DNA of 35,894 bases. It comes from Nemertoderma westbladi. Lineage: Eukaryota; Animalia; Xenacoelomorpha. The position numbers and the translations under genes were made by a program. Positions 21,527-33,900 of this stretch are shown piece by piece. A model generated the notes under the pieces. That model did not search any database. It was given only the letters and a program-made list of their open reading frames with translations, and was not told where the DNA came from. The stretch lies in NCBI GenBank assembly GCA_032718475.1, contig JAUCBJ010001420.1, forward strand, positions 1 to 35,894. Reading direction: 5' to 3'. Position 1 is the first letter of the stretch. Each line of letters starts with the position of its first letter.

Positions 21527-24126
21527 ATGACTGAGTTGATAGAAGATGATCTTGGTATCAGGGAGCGATATACTCTACCTTTACTCTACCGTTTGTCGAT
21601 AGCTTGATACGCGGCGACGCTGGTCCAACTACTACGGAGGATGATGGTCGTTATATCGAACCGCCAATGTCCCAGGAGCAACTTACGCGTGAATTGGATT
21701 ATAGAAAGTTCACCGCTCGCTATACGCATCGTAATGGTACGTATATGGACTTCTTAACTACTGGCCTTCCTACCGATTTACACGATACGGACGATGTAGA
21801 CACCGAAAGGGAAATGGTTTTATTTAAATACCATACCCAGCGGAGTCGGAACGATAAACCGAGAATGGAACACGAGAATTCTATTCGAAATCTACTCGAA
21901 AGATAGAACGTGGAAGAAGGCTTGTAAAGACAAATAGAGGAGAACCACTGGAGAAGAGACATGTGTTAATGTCCAGGGTCCATAATGTGAATAGTTTTCC
22001 CCGGGGCACGGGTGCTCGCGGGCGGTCTCCTTCGGGAGGATTTAATTTTCTCTTCCTTCATCGTTTTCCTGTAATTATTGTGATCAGTGTCACAATTAAA
22101 AGGCAAGAATGAATGATGACGTGACGGAAAACATGTCCATTGTGGTATCTTATGGATACTACCATATATCCTCCCTCCTCTTTACTTCCCTTATCCCTCT
22201 ATACATCGCTATTGAAAATACAACATACTTCGTCCCACCTTCTCTTCCCAATGTGCTCGGAGCTTTGGGAGACGATCGACCAATCATTGCCGTATCGTGG
22301 TATGGATCATACCGCCTCCTAATAAATCTCCCCACCCCTTACTGTTTATTTGGATGCTCATATTGGTGTCCGCACCTCCTGTCCATGTACCATTCTGTTG
22401 ATATTTATGATATCAACTTCCACCCTCTCGTTGTTGATTAGATAATCAACCACCAAGGATTTCCTTAAGTCCACGACAGTGATTCAAGGACTAAAAGGAT
22501 ACGCGGCTAGTCTGTGAACAACTGGTACCATTGTGTGTCATAAATCTGGTTGTCCACCTCCCTTAATGATTGGGGATATAAATCTTATGTAGAACAACTG
22601 AGACAAACATATCTTTGAACTGGTTGTTCCCTGGGCAGAAGGCCGAGGTTTCTTCCGCACTATGTATGCCAATACACCCAGCGGCATTACTAAAGTACAA
22701 CGAACCTCCATCGGACATCTTGCCTTTCAAGAATACGGATGGAATTTCAAGGTTGGAAATCCTATAAATTACCAACAAGTATATGGAGATCATTATTCTC
22801 GTTTATACTTTGATGGACCATTGACCGCACCTGGCGCCGTGTATAGCTTTATGAGTGTTCCACTTCGTCCCTCCTTAGCTATATACACGATCTTTGAAAA
22901 CGCAGCACTTGCCGGTTGGCTAGCCGATGTGTGCAGTCGTACCATACGCGCCCATCCCTTAATACTTGGAACCAAACTCGCCAAGTTAGATGAACACAAT
23001 AAATTCATCCGCTTCGAATGTTTCAGGCGCTTTCTGACTCCGTTCCGTAACGTTGATAGTCAGTTCAAGGACCGCGCTCTGACCAAACTCAGCCTAAGAG
23101 ACTCAGCTGCGGAGAAGCTAAACAGCGCGGGATTTGCCCTCTTTCAGGACGTTTGTATACAGAACTTACATTCATCTGTTATACAAAGACCCCGAATACC
23201 CACGGGTTATTCTGTCGTGGAAGTTCAGACAGTGGGTCCGCTTGCGGAGACAGCTGCACCTACCTCAGCTATGCAATTGGAAGACGAACCAATCTGCTTA
23301 GAGTCTGAAGCGATCCAGCCTACAGCGCCCCGGAGCAGCGATAACAATTACGTCTTGGAGTGGTATCAAGGTCCACAATGTCTCACCGCATACGATTATC
23401 GACACACCAACTATGTTTCTCGAAAACGTTGTCGATTATGCGCATCGAGAGACCATTTCACCCCTATGGACTCAGACGTACCCTGCTCCTATTTCCACGA
23501 ACAACCGATGATGGAGATCTATTGTGCGTATTGCAGACTTAATAACTCGCATATTTTTGCAGCCTGCCCCCAATTTATGACCCAATGCCACCACTGTCAA
23601 CTTAAAGGACATGCCGAGTTATAATTGCCCCTTTAACCGCGATTTAGAAAGCGTAGATGAGATGATTACCCTGCGCTACATCCGAGCTTGGGAAGCGAAT
23701 GCGGATTTACATTGTGAGTCCCGCCATCGCTACTACCCTGGACGCTCTTATGAGGGAGTTTACGCGTTCCATCCTTATTTATTCGCGTCTGTGGAACAAA
23801 AAACACGCACACCGAGTTACGAACTAATGAAGCGTGTTGGTGAGTGTATTTCCACCAAATTTGTTCGAAAATATCTTAGGAACGTCAATCCTAATGATAT
23901 TACTTCATACCATTTGATCAATTACATCCGTCAAGACCCTGAGTATGGCGATTTATTTATCAACTCGCACCCTGAGTTACAGGAAGTATCTCGACGGCCC
24001 TACGAATATCGAGCCCGAGAACGCGAGCTAGAAAGAACCATTAAACCAAGGAAGTTTCTCACCACTCACAGTCCGCCTACCGCCATTGTCCAGACGACCC
24101 GTCAAGGACCCGTAGGAGTCCGTAGG
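21527..24126 (+). pseudogene. Decayed extra ORF(s) of copy A encoding a triple CCHC zinc-knuckle protein
   Basis: ATG 21527 joins ORF 21604 if an 11-nt tandem duplication (about 21580) is removed. ORFs 22662-23624 and 23611-24165 join if one extra T (about 23620) is removed, which restores CHHCQLKGHAEYNC. The knuckles lie at 23430-23628. Continuity across 21970-22660 is uncertain. Confidence 0.65.
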
Positions 24127-24482
24127 ACGACTACGCTTCCCATGAGTTGGTTGGCAGAGAAGTAGATCTGGTATGACCTCATCTTTACTTCGCCAGCAGT
24201 GCCCACAGAATCTTAATCTGCGTTCATCTGGTTGATACAGGTGGTATTGTACCATAAAGCTCGGCGTTTGTCATGTGTTGTCTCCAGCTGATGTTTAGGG
24301 CTGTCCTTAGTAGTCTTGTGTAGCAACGAAATAATTAAAATTAAATTAAGATTAATTCGTTGTTCAAGTGATTTAGTCAGTGTCCAGGTCTCATCCCCGT
24401 ATAAAAATACACTTTCCACCGTGGCTCGAAAGAACTTAGTCTTCAGTTGCCTGGAGAGATCTGATTTCCAGATGGTATCCAT
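24127..24482 (-). mobile_element. Internal fragment of the same RTE family as 5205-6064
   Basis: MDTIWKSDLSRQLKTKFFRATVESVFLYGDETWTLTKSLEQRI...RRLRFCGHCWRSKDEVIPDLLLCQPTHGKRSR, colinear with about 5573-5917. It lacks both the 5' part and the (TAG)n tail. Confidence 0.9.
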
Positions 24483-27482
24483 ATATAGATCATATATATA
24501 CAATTTTGAGTTGAACGAATTATGTTTTTGACAGACCAATATCAAGCAAGTAAAATTATTTGGAAACAGAGAAACAACATGTTCCTATCTGTTCAACCGT
24601 AAGTAGTCATCGTTTTATTTAAGCAGGGACACAAAGCGCAACCCTGTTTAAATACTGTAAGTAAAATTATCACATTGGTTACATTTTTGCATATGTGTTT
24701 CGCCGGGATTTGGCTCATCAGCTACACTAACCCGTAGTTATATATGTTAAGTGCAATCCCAAATCCCCCGAAAGGGCAGAATTAACCGAGATCAAAACTG
24801 AGGGAAAGCTATCGCTATTGCGAGTAAATGTTTTAATTCAATGGTGGAGACCTCAACACCTTTTTACAGCAGCGCTCACAATAAGTAAGTTCAATAGATA
24901 TTTGTCGTTCGATTTTGGCAGGCAGTAAAGGCTAACATATAAAGTACTGTAAAACACCAGCAACCAAAACAATAAACCAAACCTATATCAGAATGTACAG
25001 CAATTATGGCTGAAAATTCGTAATTCATGCTAGACCAGTAGGCTCTTCTAACTAATCCCAAAACGAGCAAATACTAATTTTTTATCTTTCAAAATATGTA
25101 TAAACAAATAAATAAATTTTATACTTACAACAGTTTGGTTGTCAATCTATACGGAATTTAGGATACTAGGGCTGAGAAAGAAATAATTAAATGGCCTAAC
25201 TATTTTACCATCCCAAATGTTCCCTCAGCGCTATAATAACCACCAATTTATCCGTAGGGCCTAAGAATGATCACAAACTATCTAAAATAATTATTAGAAA
25301 ATTAGTAAGTTAGAATTCCTAACGTGTTATGGTAGACCTAGCTACCGGTCTGCCGGTACATGAATTAGAAATCAATATAGGGGCCTCTGAAAACTATAAT
25401 CTAACCCCTTCACCAATTGGCCTACAGCCTTAGCACTTAGGGGCAATTGATTGACATTTACTAATCCAATTTTAGCGAGCCCAAACTTATGCCTAATGGT
25501 TCGATCAACTTCCCTGATAGTCCAATTTTGCTTCCGTACCGCCACTGATGTCCCACATCCCATTGCCGGCCTCACCGCACCGCAGCTAATCTTAGCCGGA
25601 CATCGCGAATGTTTTCGATAATTGACTCATGTCAGAATGCGATCTGATCCGTTAATCAGGAACAACAATGTTATTGAACGTGTTCTAATCGACTAAGACA
25701 TTATATTGAATATCGTATCACAGTATCACAGTTTTATATCAAACACATCCAGACATCAGACATCTGAATGCAAAACAACAAGGCTGATAAAATTTAAATA
25801 CACGTCCAAATGTAAAAGATTAAACCATATAACGTACCGGTACTGCGGTACTTAATGCAGTAACAGAGTAATGAATGAATATATATAACTTCAATTCTAT
25901 ATTGAAACAAGCATAAAAAGAATTCAAAGGCTGTCATTGGCTAATCATGTTTAAAAAGCCTTAATTTGAAATACCTCCAGTAGGGCTTAGTTATACTGTA
26001 CTGTATAATAATAATAATCTGGAAATAATTATAGATACTGGACAATTAACCGACTGGTGATTTATCATATAATCAGGTAGTATTTCACATAATGAATCGT
26101 ACAGTATTTCTACTGCAGTAAGTAAAGGAACTGAAACAAACTTAACTTTAAAGAGAATCCATAAGATTTTCGTTAATTAATATAGTAGAATATAGGTATA
26201 GAATATAGGTTTTATACTTTAAACGTACAGTAGAAGTTATCGGAACAATATAACGATTATAAAATAAAATTTTTATACTCTTACCAAATACAATACACCG
26301 CTCCGATCAGACGTTTAACGCTCTGATCCCATCACCGGACATACCGAATAAATCTAAAAACTACTATATAAAATTATGTAGAATATACTAGATTAATCTG
26401 AATTTATCAATATTTCAAAAGGACATACAATTGTATAACATACTACCTATAACACAAAGATTTATCTGAATTATTTCAATTATTACATAAAATATCTAGC
26501 ATAATAATAGGACTGACTTACACATTTTCTTAAAATATTGTAAGAGTCCGGTTCACTTTTAGTACCTTGTCAGGTAGTAACTACCTTTTACTAAGGCATA
26601 AATAATATAAATCGAATGAGTTAGTGAAATATTTGTTAACATCGTAAATAAATTGAGGCTAATATATGATTAGGTAAGCATATAAGACGGTAAGCATATA
26701 AGACTTATTAAAAAAAATACCCTAATCCTGGTATTGCAATCGGCAGTGACAACGTCGGTCACATCCAGCCCAATCGCAATTACTTCGCATCGAACGCTCG
26801 TATGGGATTTGTGTATTCTGGAATTCTTTGAGTTTCTTACTGTTCCAACTCCGCTGGTGGCCGGTATCAATGGGAGTTCGGGTAGAACCATTCATCCCCC
26901 CCTCCTTTTCCACTCATCAACCATCAGATGGCGCAATATCTTTTCTGTATCGCCCAGATATTTCGATCGCATCCACAGTCAAATCGATGGGGTAGGTCAA
27001 CAGGTTCTTATGCGGTACCATCCTGTAACTAGTAACTTATAGAAAGATTATTGATGGATGGATGAATGGCAGGTACAGTATCACAAACTTTCAGCTAAGC
27101 CTGGGTTTACCTCCATCAGTTCAGCGTTTGTCAACCAATTGATATTAAATTATCTTATTCTAGCGCTGACCCCAAATTTTGACATTTGCGAAACAAAATC
27201 ATTCGCTTTTTTATATTACTATCTAAGAAATTTAGAGAGAAATTATGTCAATAAAGTGTTAATCAATAAAGAGATATCTTGATTTTGGGATCTGTCTCCC
27301 CTTCTACAAAACATGTTTTAAACATACCCCTAAGACAGCTACAATACCTGTGCCAATATATCTGTGAGACCCTTTTTGATAAAAATAATTTAATGTTACA
27401 GCCTCCAGATGTAGTACTCCAATCTTTTTGACACAAATTTAAAGTTAAATAAATCAACTAGTTAAAATTATTTAACTTTTTT

Positions 27483-27736
27483 GTAAATATATCAGGGAGC
27501 GTGTGAGCTGCCTCCCCCTCAATGCCCCCCGGACAGCGCAAGATCCTCAGCGCTGTTGTACTGTCGCCGCTGTGCCTCTCGCCAACGTCGTAGCTACACA
27601 ACGACAACAATAACCAGCGCGAGTCACTCCACTGTCCGTCCCAAGGGCTTAGAATTACTTCAGGTTCTTGCTACAGAGGTAGGGTAACTTTCACAACTGC
27701 GACTCGCTACTGTAAACACACTTTAGTAGTAACATT
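27483..27736 (-). ncRNA. Conserved structured cis-RNA element of Bel/Pao copy B (function unknown)
   Basis: Homologue of 21241-21495, in the same orientation relative to pol, starting about 195 nt after the pol stop codon. Confidence 0.75.
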
Positions 27737-27931
27737 TTTTAGCAATATCATTTTCGAAATTCATATGATTTTCAAATTCAAATGGGATGTAATAAATAAT
27801 AAAAGTGTTGTCGGTATTCCAGTACACAATAATCCGCTCCTATGTGTAATCGGACGTAATCCGAAATACACATAACAGACACTGGAATATCGAGCACTAG
27901 AACACCACAGTAAAATAAAGTACACTTTATT

Positions 27932-30900
27932 TTACTTTGTCTTCTTGGAGGTTTTTACATTTCCTGTCTCATATAATTTGTGGGAAGTATAATCACTGGG
28001 TTTTTTAAAGATTTTGTAGTCTCCAGTCTGACAACGTGACTCTTCTAATAAAACGAGATGTTGCACTGGTCTAGTTACTACATGTTTGTCTAGTGTTCTA
28101 ACTGTCACAGTTCGAACTGTTCCGTCTGATCCTGGATGAACCGCTATTACAACACCTGTTAACCAGTGACGCCGTTTTAGGTTCGCCTCGGCTAAGAGAA
28201 CAGAATCTCCTTTACAAAGATTCCTTGTTGTTTGATACCATTTACTTCTGGCTGAAATAGTGGGCAAATAGTGTTGTCGCCATATTTCCCAGAAGTTATC
28301 TGCTAACAATTGTACGATTTTCCACGCTTTCCTGGAGTACAGATCGCTGTCATCTGGGACAGAGATTGGTACAAGTGGTGCGGGAGATTGCATTAATATA
28401 TGGTTTGGTGTCAGGGCAATAACGTTGTCTGACCTGTCTGGCACCAGTGCAATCGGTCGAGAATTCAAAGTATACTCGATCTCTGTGAAAAGAGTCACTA
28501 GTTCATCGTCTGTGAGTACTTTGTTCGGTGGGATGGTCTTATGGAACGCCAATTTTATGGATCGTATAAGACGCTCCCAGCTACCGCCTCTCCAGGGGCT
28601 GTCAGCCGTGTTAAAGTTCCATGTGATACGACTGGGTATTAATTCGGCAGCAATTTTATCATGGTCAATAGTATTAAGAGATTTATTAATCTCGTTGTCC
28701 CCACCGACAAAGTTCGTACCTTGGTCACTATAGAAAGCCTGAACCAACCCGCGTCTGGCTATGAACCGACGCAAAGCAAGTAATAAGGCATTTGTGGACA
28801 TGTCTGTGACGCGTTCAATGTGTACCGCACGGGATGCCATACAAATGAATATGACACCCCAACGTTTTACCATCGACCGTGCACGCTTTGTGAGGATTGG
28901 ACCAAAACAATCCAGTCCCGTATGGGTAAATGGTGATTGGTGTGACTGCACTCTAGCTAAGGGTAGTTCACTCATTTGTTGCTGGGTAATGCGTGCGTTC
29001 AACTTTTTACAAACTATACAGTTTGATAGAACTGTATTTAATGCCTTTGTTGGTTTTATTAAGATAAAACGTTGTCTTAACAAAGAGATGCAATGTGAAC
29101 GGCCAGCATGTTTCAGCTTCAAGTGAGCATCCCATATCATGGCGCATTGTAATTCTAAGTATGCTGGGATTATAATTGGATATATGAAGTCTCGTGCTAG
29201 GTCTGTAGCTTGTAATCTAGACCTGTGACAAAGGAGTCCTTTGTGTATGGTCGGGCTCAACCTGACTAATGGGGAAGAACTAACCGCTTTCTTAATCATA
29301 ATGGCGTTGTACTCACGGGTGTAACTTCGCAGCTGAAAATGAAGGATGATCTTCAATTCCGCCTGGTCTATTTCCTCGATAGATAGTCTCCTGGGAAATC
29401 CTCTAATAACCCTTTGTCTCCAATCAGATAGTGAGTATTCCTTTGATTTACCCAAGAATTTACTAAGTCTACTGATCCAAGCGGCTTTCCTACATAGCTT
29501 TAGCCAAGATGAACTGGAATTTACTAACCTGTCAAAGAAATTCCTTAAATTACTGTTAAGTGGTTGTGTTACCATAACATTAGGCGGTGGCTGTGATGCC
29601 ACATTTTTTACAAGATCTTGCTTACTATTGGTCAAGGGTGATTCTAGAAATATCGCTTTTACTTCATCGAATTTTTCATCACCAGGAACTGGATGCATGT
29701 CAATATATTCATCGTCGTCTGATATATCTAGGGCTAGGTCAACTTCGGACTCAATCTCTAAATTAATATCTGAATCTGGCGGATTTGGCGGTGGTAACGA
29801 CGCAGGAACTATATCACTTGTATGTGTCACTCGCGATCTTAGATTATATAATGTGGTACGGGACGTAATCTCATTTGTGTCTAACATCTGTTCACTCATG
29901 GCATTTCTCGGCCGCTCCATATAATTATTTGACATTACCTGATCAGTCAATGATGTTGGTATATGGGATAAACCTGTGGCCTTCGCCTTTGACTTCTTTA
30001 CTTTCTCGATCTTAATCTCCGCTTCCGGTGGAAGTTTATGTAAGTGGCAGTGAAAGATTGGAGGCCAATGCTCTGTTGACTTCCTTAAGAATTTGGGTCC
30101 ATGCAGCCAGAAATCTTGATTATCTGGTTGACAAAACTCCTTCGGCATCATTCCTCGCGAGGCAATGTCTGCGGGGTTGCGATCACCCGGACAGTGACGC
30201 CAGTCTTCTTTGATAGTAAAATCTAAAATCTCGGCTTTCCGATTTGCAACAAATGTCTTAAATTGTACATCATCAATATTTAAGTACATTAATACTAAAG
30301 TGGCATCAGTCCAATAGGTTATATGTAAACGTATCCCAATCTCGCGTTTTATGAGTTTCGCAATGGTTACGCCTATCAAGGCGGCTTGTAGCTCACCCCT
30401 CGGTATGTTCATATATTTAATTGGCATAGTTTTAGCTCTAGACGTAATGAGCGATGTCTCAAACTCACCTGACTCAGTCTCTCTCCTGAGGTATAAGGCA
30501 ACTCCTAACCCATTCGAGCTTGCATCACTAAAGCAGTGGAGTTCCAACTCAGTAGGAAAAGTTGTCTGATCTGGAAAATATAGTCTAGGAAATTCTAATT
30601 CCTGCAGAGCTCCCAACTCTGCCTCCCAGAGTCTCCACTTACCTGCATGTTCTGAGGATATTGGCTCATCCCAACCAATTCCAGTTTGCCAAATGCTACG
30701 AAGATATATCCTTGCCTGTAATACAACGGGGCTAATGAGGCACAGTGGGTCGAATAGTCGACTCATTGTGGATAGGCATTTCTGCTTAGTCAATGTCTCA
30801 GCTGGCGGCAGTACTTGGACACGCACCTGGAAGTTATCATTATTTGGATTCCATCCTAGGCCGAGGACCTTCGATGTGGGGATATCCTCAAACTCTAGCT

Positions 30901-33900
30901 CGATGTCGCCGCTCCTCCGATCTTCTGAGGGAAACGAGTTGATTAGTTTGGCTGAGTTAGAAGTAAACTTTGTTAACCGGAATCCTCCAGTCTTCAGACA
31001 CTCCTGTAAGCCATGGGAAATTTTAATTGCTTGCTCCTCGGAATCAAAACAGTCTAACCCATCATCCATGTAGAAGTTATCACCTACTGCCTCAATTACT
31101 TCAGCAGGGAAATGTTCACTTTGTCTTTTTGCAGTTTCTTTCAAAACAAAGAGGGATCCATTTGGGCTATCTCGTGCTCCAAAAATTCTAACCAACATTT
31201 GATATGTGATAGGTTCACCAGACAAGTCGTCATTTGGATACCAAAGGAACCTTAGGCTGTCCTTATCTTCCTTTAAGGCATATACTTGGTGGTACATAGC
31301 TTCTATGTCGCATGCAAAAGCGAATCTACGTCTCCTAAAACGAAGCAATATCCCGATCAGGTAATTATTTTGATTTGGGCCATCCATAAGCTCAGAGTTG
31401 AGCGACATTCCTAAATATTTCCTACGACAATCGTTAACAACTCTAACGCGTCCAGGTTTATCAGGGTGAATGATATAATGATGAGGAAGATAGTATGTCT
31501 GATCAGTAGTTTTGTCTGGGTAATCCATTTTCTCAGCATATCCCTTTTCTAAATAATTGTTTATTTGAAATCGGTATTGCATGTGTATCTTTTCGTCTCG
31601 CAACAATCGTTTACGGATAGATTGAAGGCAACGTAAAGCTAGTGGTCGATTATTAATGAGTTTTGGCTTGTCGTGTCGCCATAGCATTCCTACCTCAAAA
31701 TGCCCATTTGGTAGGCGATTAATAGTATTTCTCATTATATCAAGGGAACGTTTGTCATTCGCTGACATCGCTATATCGTAGCTACCAGGTTCCATAGCAT
31801 ATTCTTCTAGCCATTTAAGGGTCCGATAATTCATTTCATGATCTTGGTCCATGAGATCACGGATGTACTCAATATCTTCAACTTCAGCTGAGGGATTACA
31901 CATAACCTTATTGTAGTCTGGTCTACTTAGTACTTCAGTGAAATTCCTAGCATCACTTAAGAATGTAAAAGCAGTTTCACCACGTATATTACTGTCGTCT
32001 TGATCAGAATCCACAGAGTGATCTGACTGGTTGTCATTTAGATCTGTAGGGTTAATCTCACCTTCCTCTAGACTCATACCTAAACCAAACTCCTTATTAT
32101 CTTCTATTGATCTGTTTACATAATGTCCAGGTTTAGTTCGTTTAAAAACTACTATAAAGTCCTTTGGTGACCTGGTATACCAACCTAAAATGGTTCGAGT
32201 AGCATAGGGCTTACCTGGTTGAGGTGGATGTGGCCTAGTATCCCAGGCATGATGAGCATCAAAGACATCTAATCCGATCAACATTGCAATATTTCTATAG
32301 TTAACATTACATTCCGGGATACCTAAACATCCGAAGTATTCTCGTTCTTGTTTGGTCAAAGCAGGCACTCCCCCCAAAAGTCCAGAAAATTCTTTCAAAG
32401 CAATGAAGGATACATTCTTTATTGGTAGTAGACTTTGTTCTGGTAGAGTGTGATGATTTCGTGGTAATAAGGAATCTAATGAGAGGTTTATCGATTTACC
32501 ATTTAGTTCTCCTTGTCCATGCATAGATCCTAAATCGATCCTACGGCTCTTCGCACTCAAAGTGTCCGTAACAGCGCTGGCTACTTCTAAATCTACATAG
32601 CTATGGGTAGAGGCAGGATCTAGTATGACATAAATTCTCTTCGTTCCATGTTCTCCAATAATCTTAATGGGAATTACGCTAAATGAAGCAGATTGTACTG
32701 CTGTAAGGTATGTATTTGCACATATGATGTCATCAATATTAGTGGCATCAGTATCTCCTACCTGACACTCATCCTTTTCATCATCCTCATCTGAAGAACC
32801 GGATTGATCAGCATTGACTGAAGCAAATGTAACCTTATTTGGGATTGGGTTAGGATTTCTAGCAATCCTACTTGGATGGTCCATGATATATTGTTTTGTA
32901 GGAGTGTGCTGACTAGTATGTAGCAACCGATGATGCAACCTACCACAATCTTGGCATCCTTTCTTTATGGTGTCTGGACATTCTCGGCGTTTATGACCAG
33001 TGGAAAGACACTTCCAGCATGCATCTAAAGATCGTATTGCCAGTCTTCTCTTATCGACGTCGAGTTTTGTAAAGAAATCGCAACAATGCAATTTATGATC
33101 CATATGTTTTTGAGATTGCTGATAACAATATTGGCAACCGCGAAAGTTGGAGGGCAGCTCCTGACGCTCCAGGGTCACTCCTATGGGGGCTGAAACTTTA
33201 CTCTTCTCCAATTGGTATCGCGATTTTGATATATTCGAGTCAATCCCAGTTGGTCCTAAAGTGTTGTAGGTTAGACACGTCCCCTCTGTTGTCATCAAGG
33301 ATTTAGGTTTTGCTATTGAGCGCCTTTCAACCTGTAAATATTCTTCAGAGTAATTTGAACGGGAATCTGCGAGTGCTTCTCTAGCGATTAACTCATGTAA
33401 GTGTCGTAACTTTAAAGTCTCTCCACGTTCTTCTATTTTGCTCTCTAATTTCCGCCACTTTTGACGGTGACGGTAACTTAACCTTCTAATTATATCTTTC
33501 AAGATGTCTGGTCTATCTCCATAGTTTTCACAACCAATATCCGGTAATATTGATATTGCATTCTTTATTTCATCCGCTAGTTTTAATAATTCATGAGATG
33601 TAGAAATAGGACCACCTTTTCCAAGTTCATCTACAATGGATTGAGCCACCCTGGTGTTACTTCCATATACAGAGGTTAATCGCTCATAAGTAAGCTGAAA
33701 TGCATTTGGGTTTCCTGTAAAAGTCTCAGCTAACCCTCTAGGTTCCTTCTGTAGTAGTTGTAACAGGTAATTGAATTTCTCATTTGAACTGAAATCCTTT
33801 TCTTTTATTTGGGAGTCAACATAATTTATAAAGGTGCGCCAATGTTTTGCATTACCATTAAAACGTGGAGGTTGTTGGGTTGGCAGACTCTGGCGAGCAG

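Larger units (their letters stand above)
17364..24126 (+). mobile_element. Bel/Pao LTR retrotransposon copy A (truncated at both ends, with extended 3' region)
   Basis: pol remnant, then an AT-rich spacer, the conserved RNA block shared with copy B and a decayed extra ORF, ending abruptly at an RTE fragment. That the 3' region belongs to the element is inferred from the block shared with copy B. Confidence 0.7.

Noticed and set aside
22109-22441. env gene (hydrophobic stretch)
   Set aside because: There is only one moderately hydrophobic segment in a decayed frame, and no signal peptide, cleavage site or fusion-protein cysteine pattern that I can recognise.
24500-26700. 3' LTR of Bel/Pao copy B
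   Set aside because: It is likely somewhere here (AATAAA...TTGAACA on the minus strand near 24590-24620), but without the 5' LTR or a TSD the boundaries cannot be supported.
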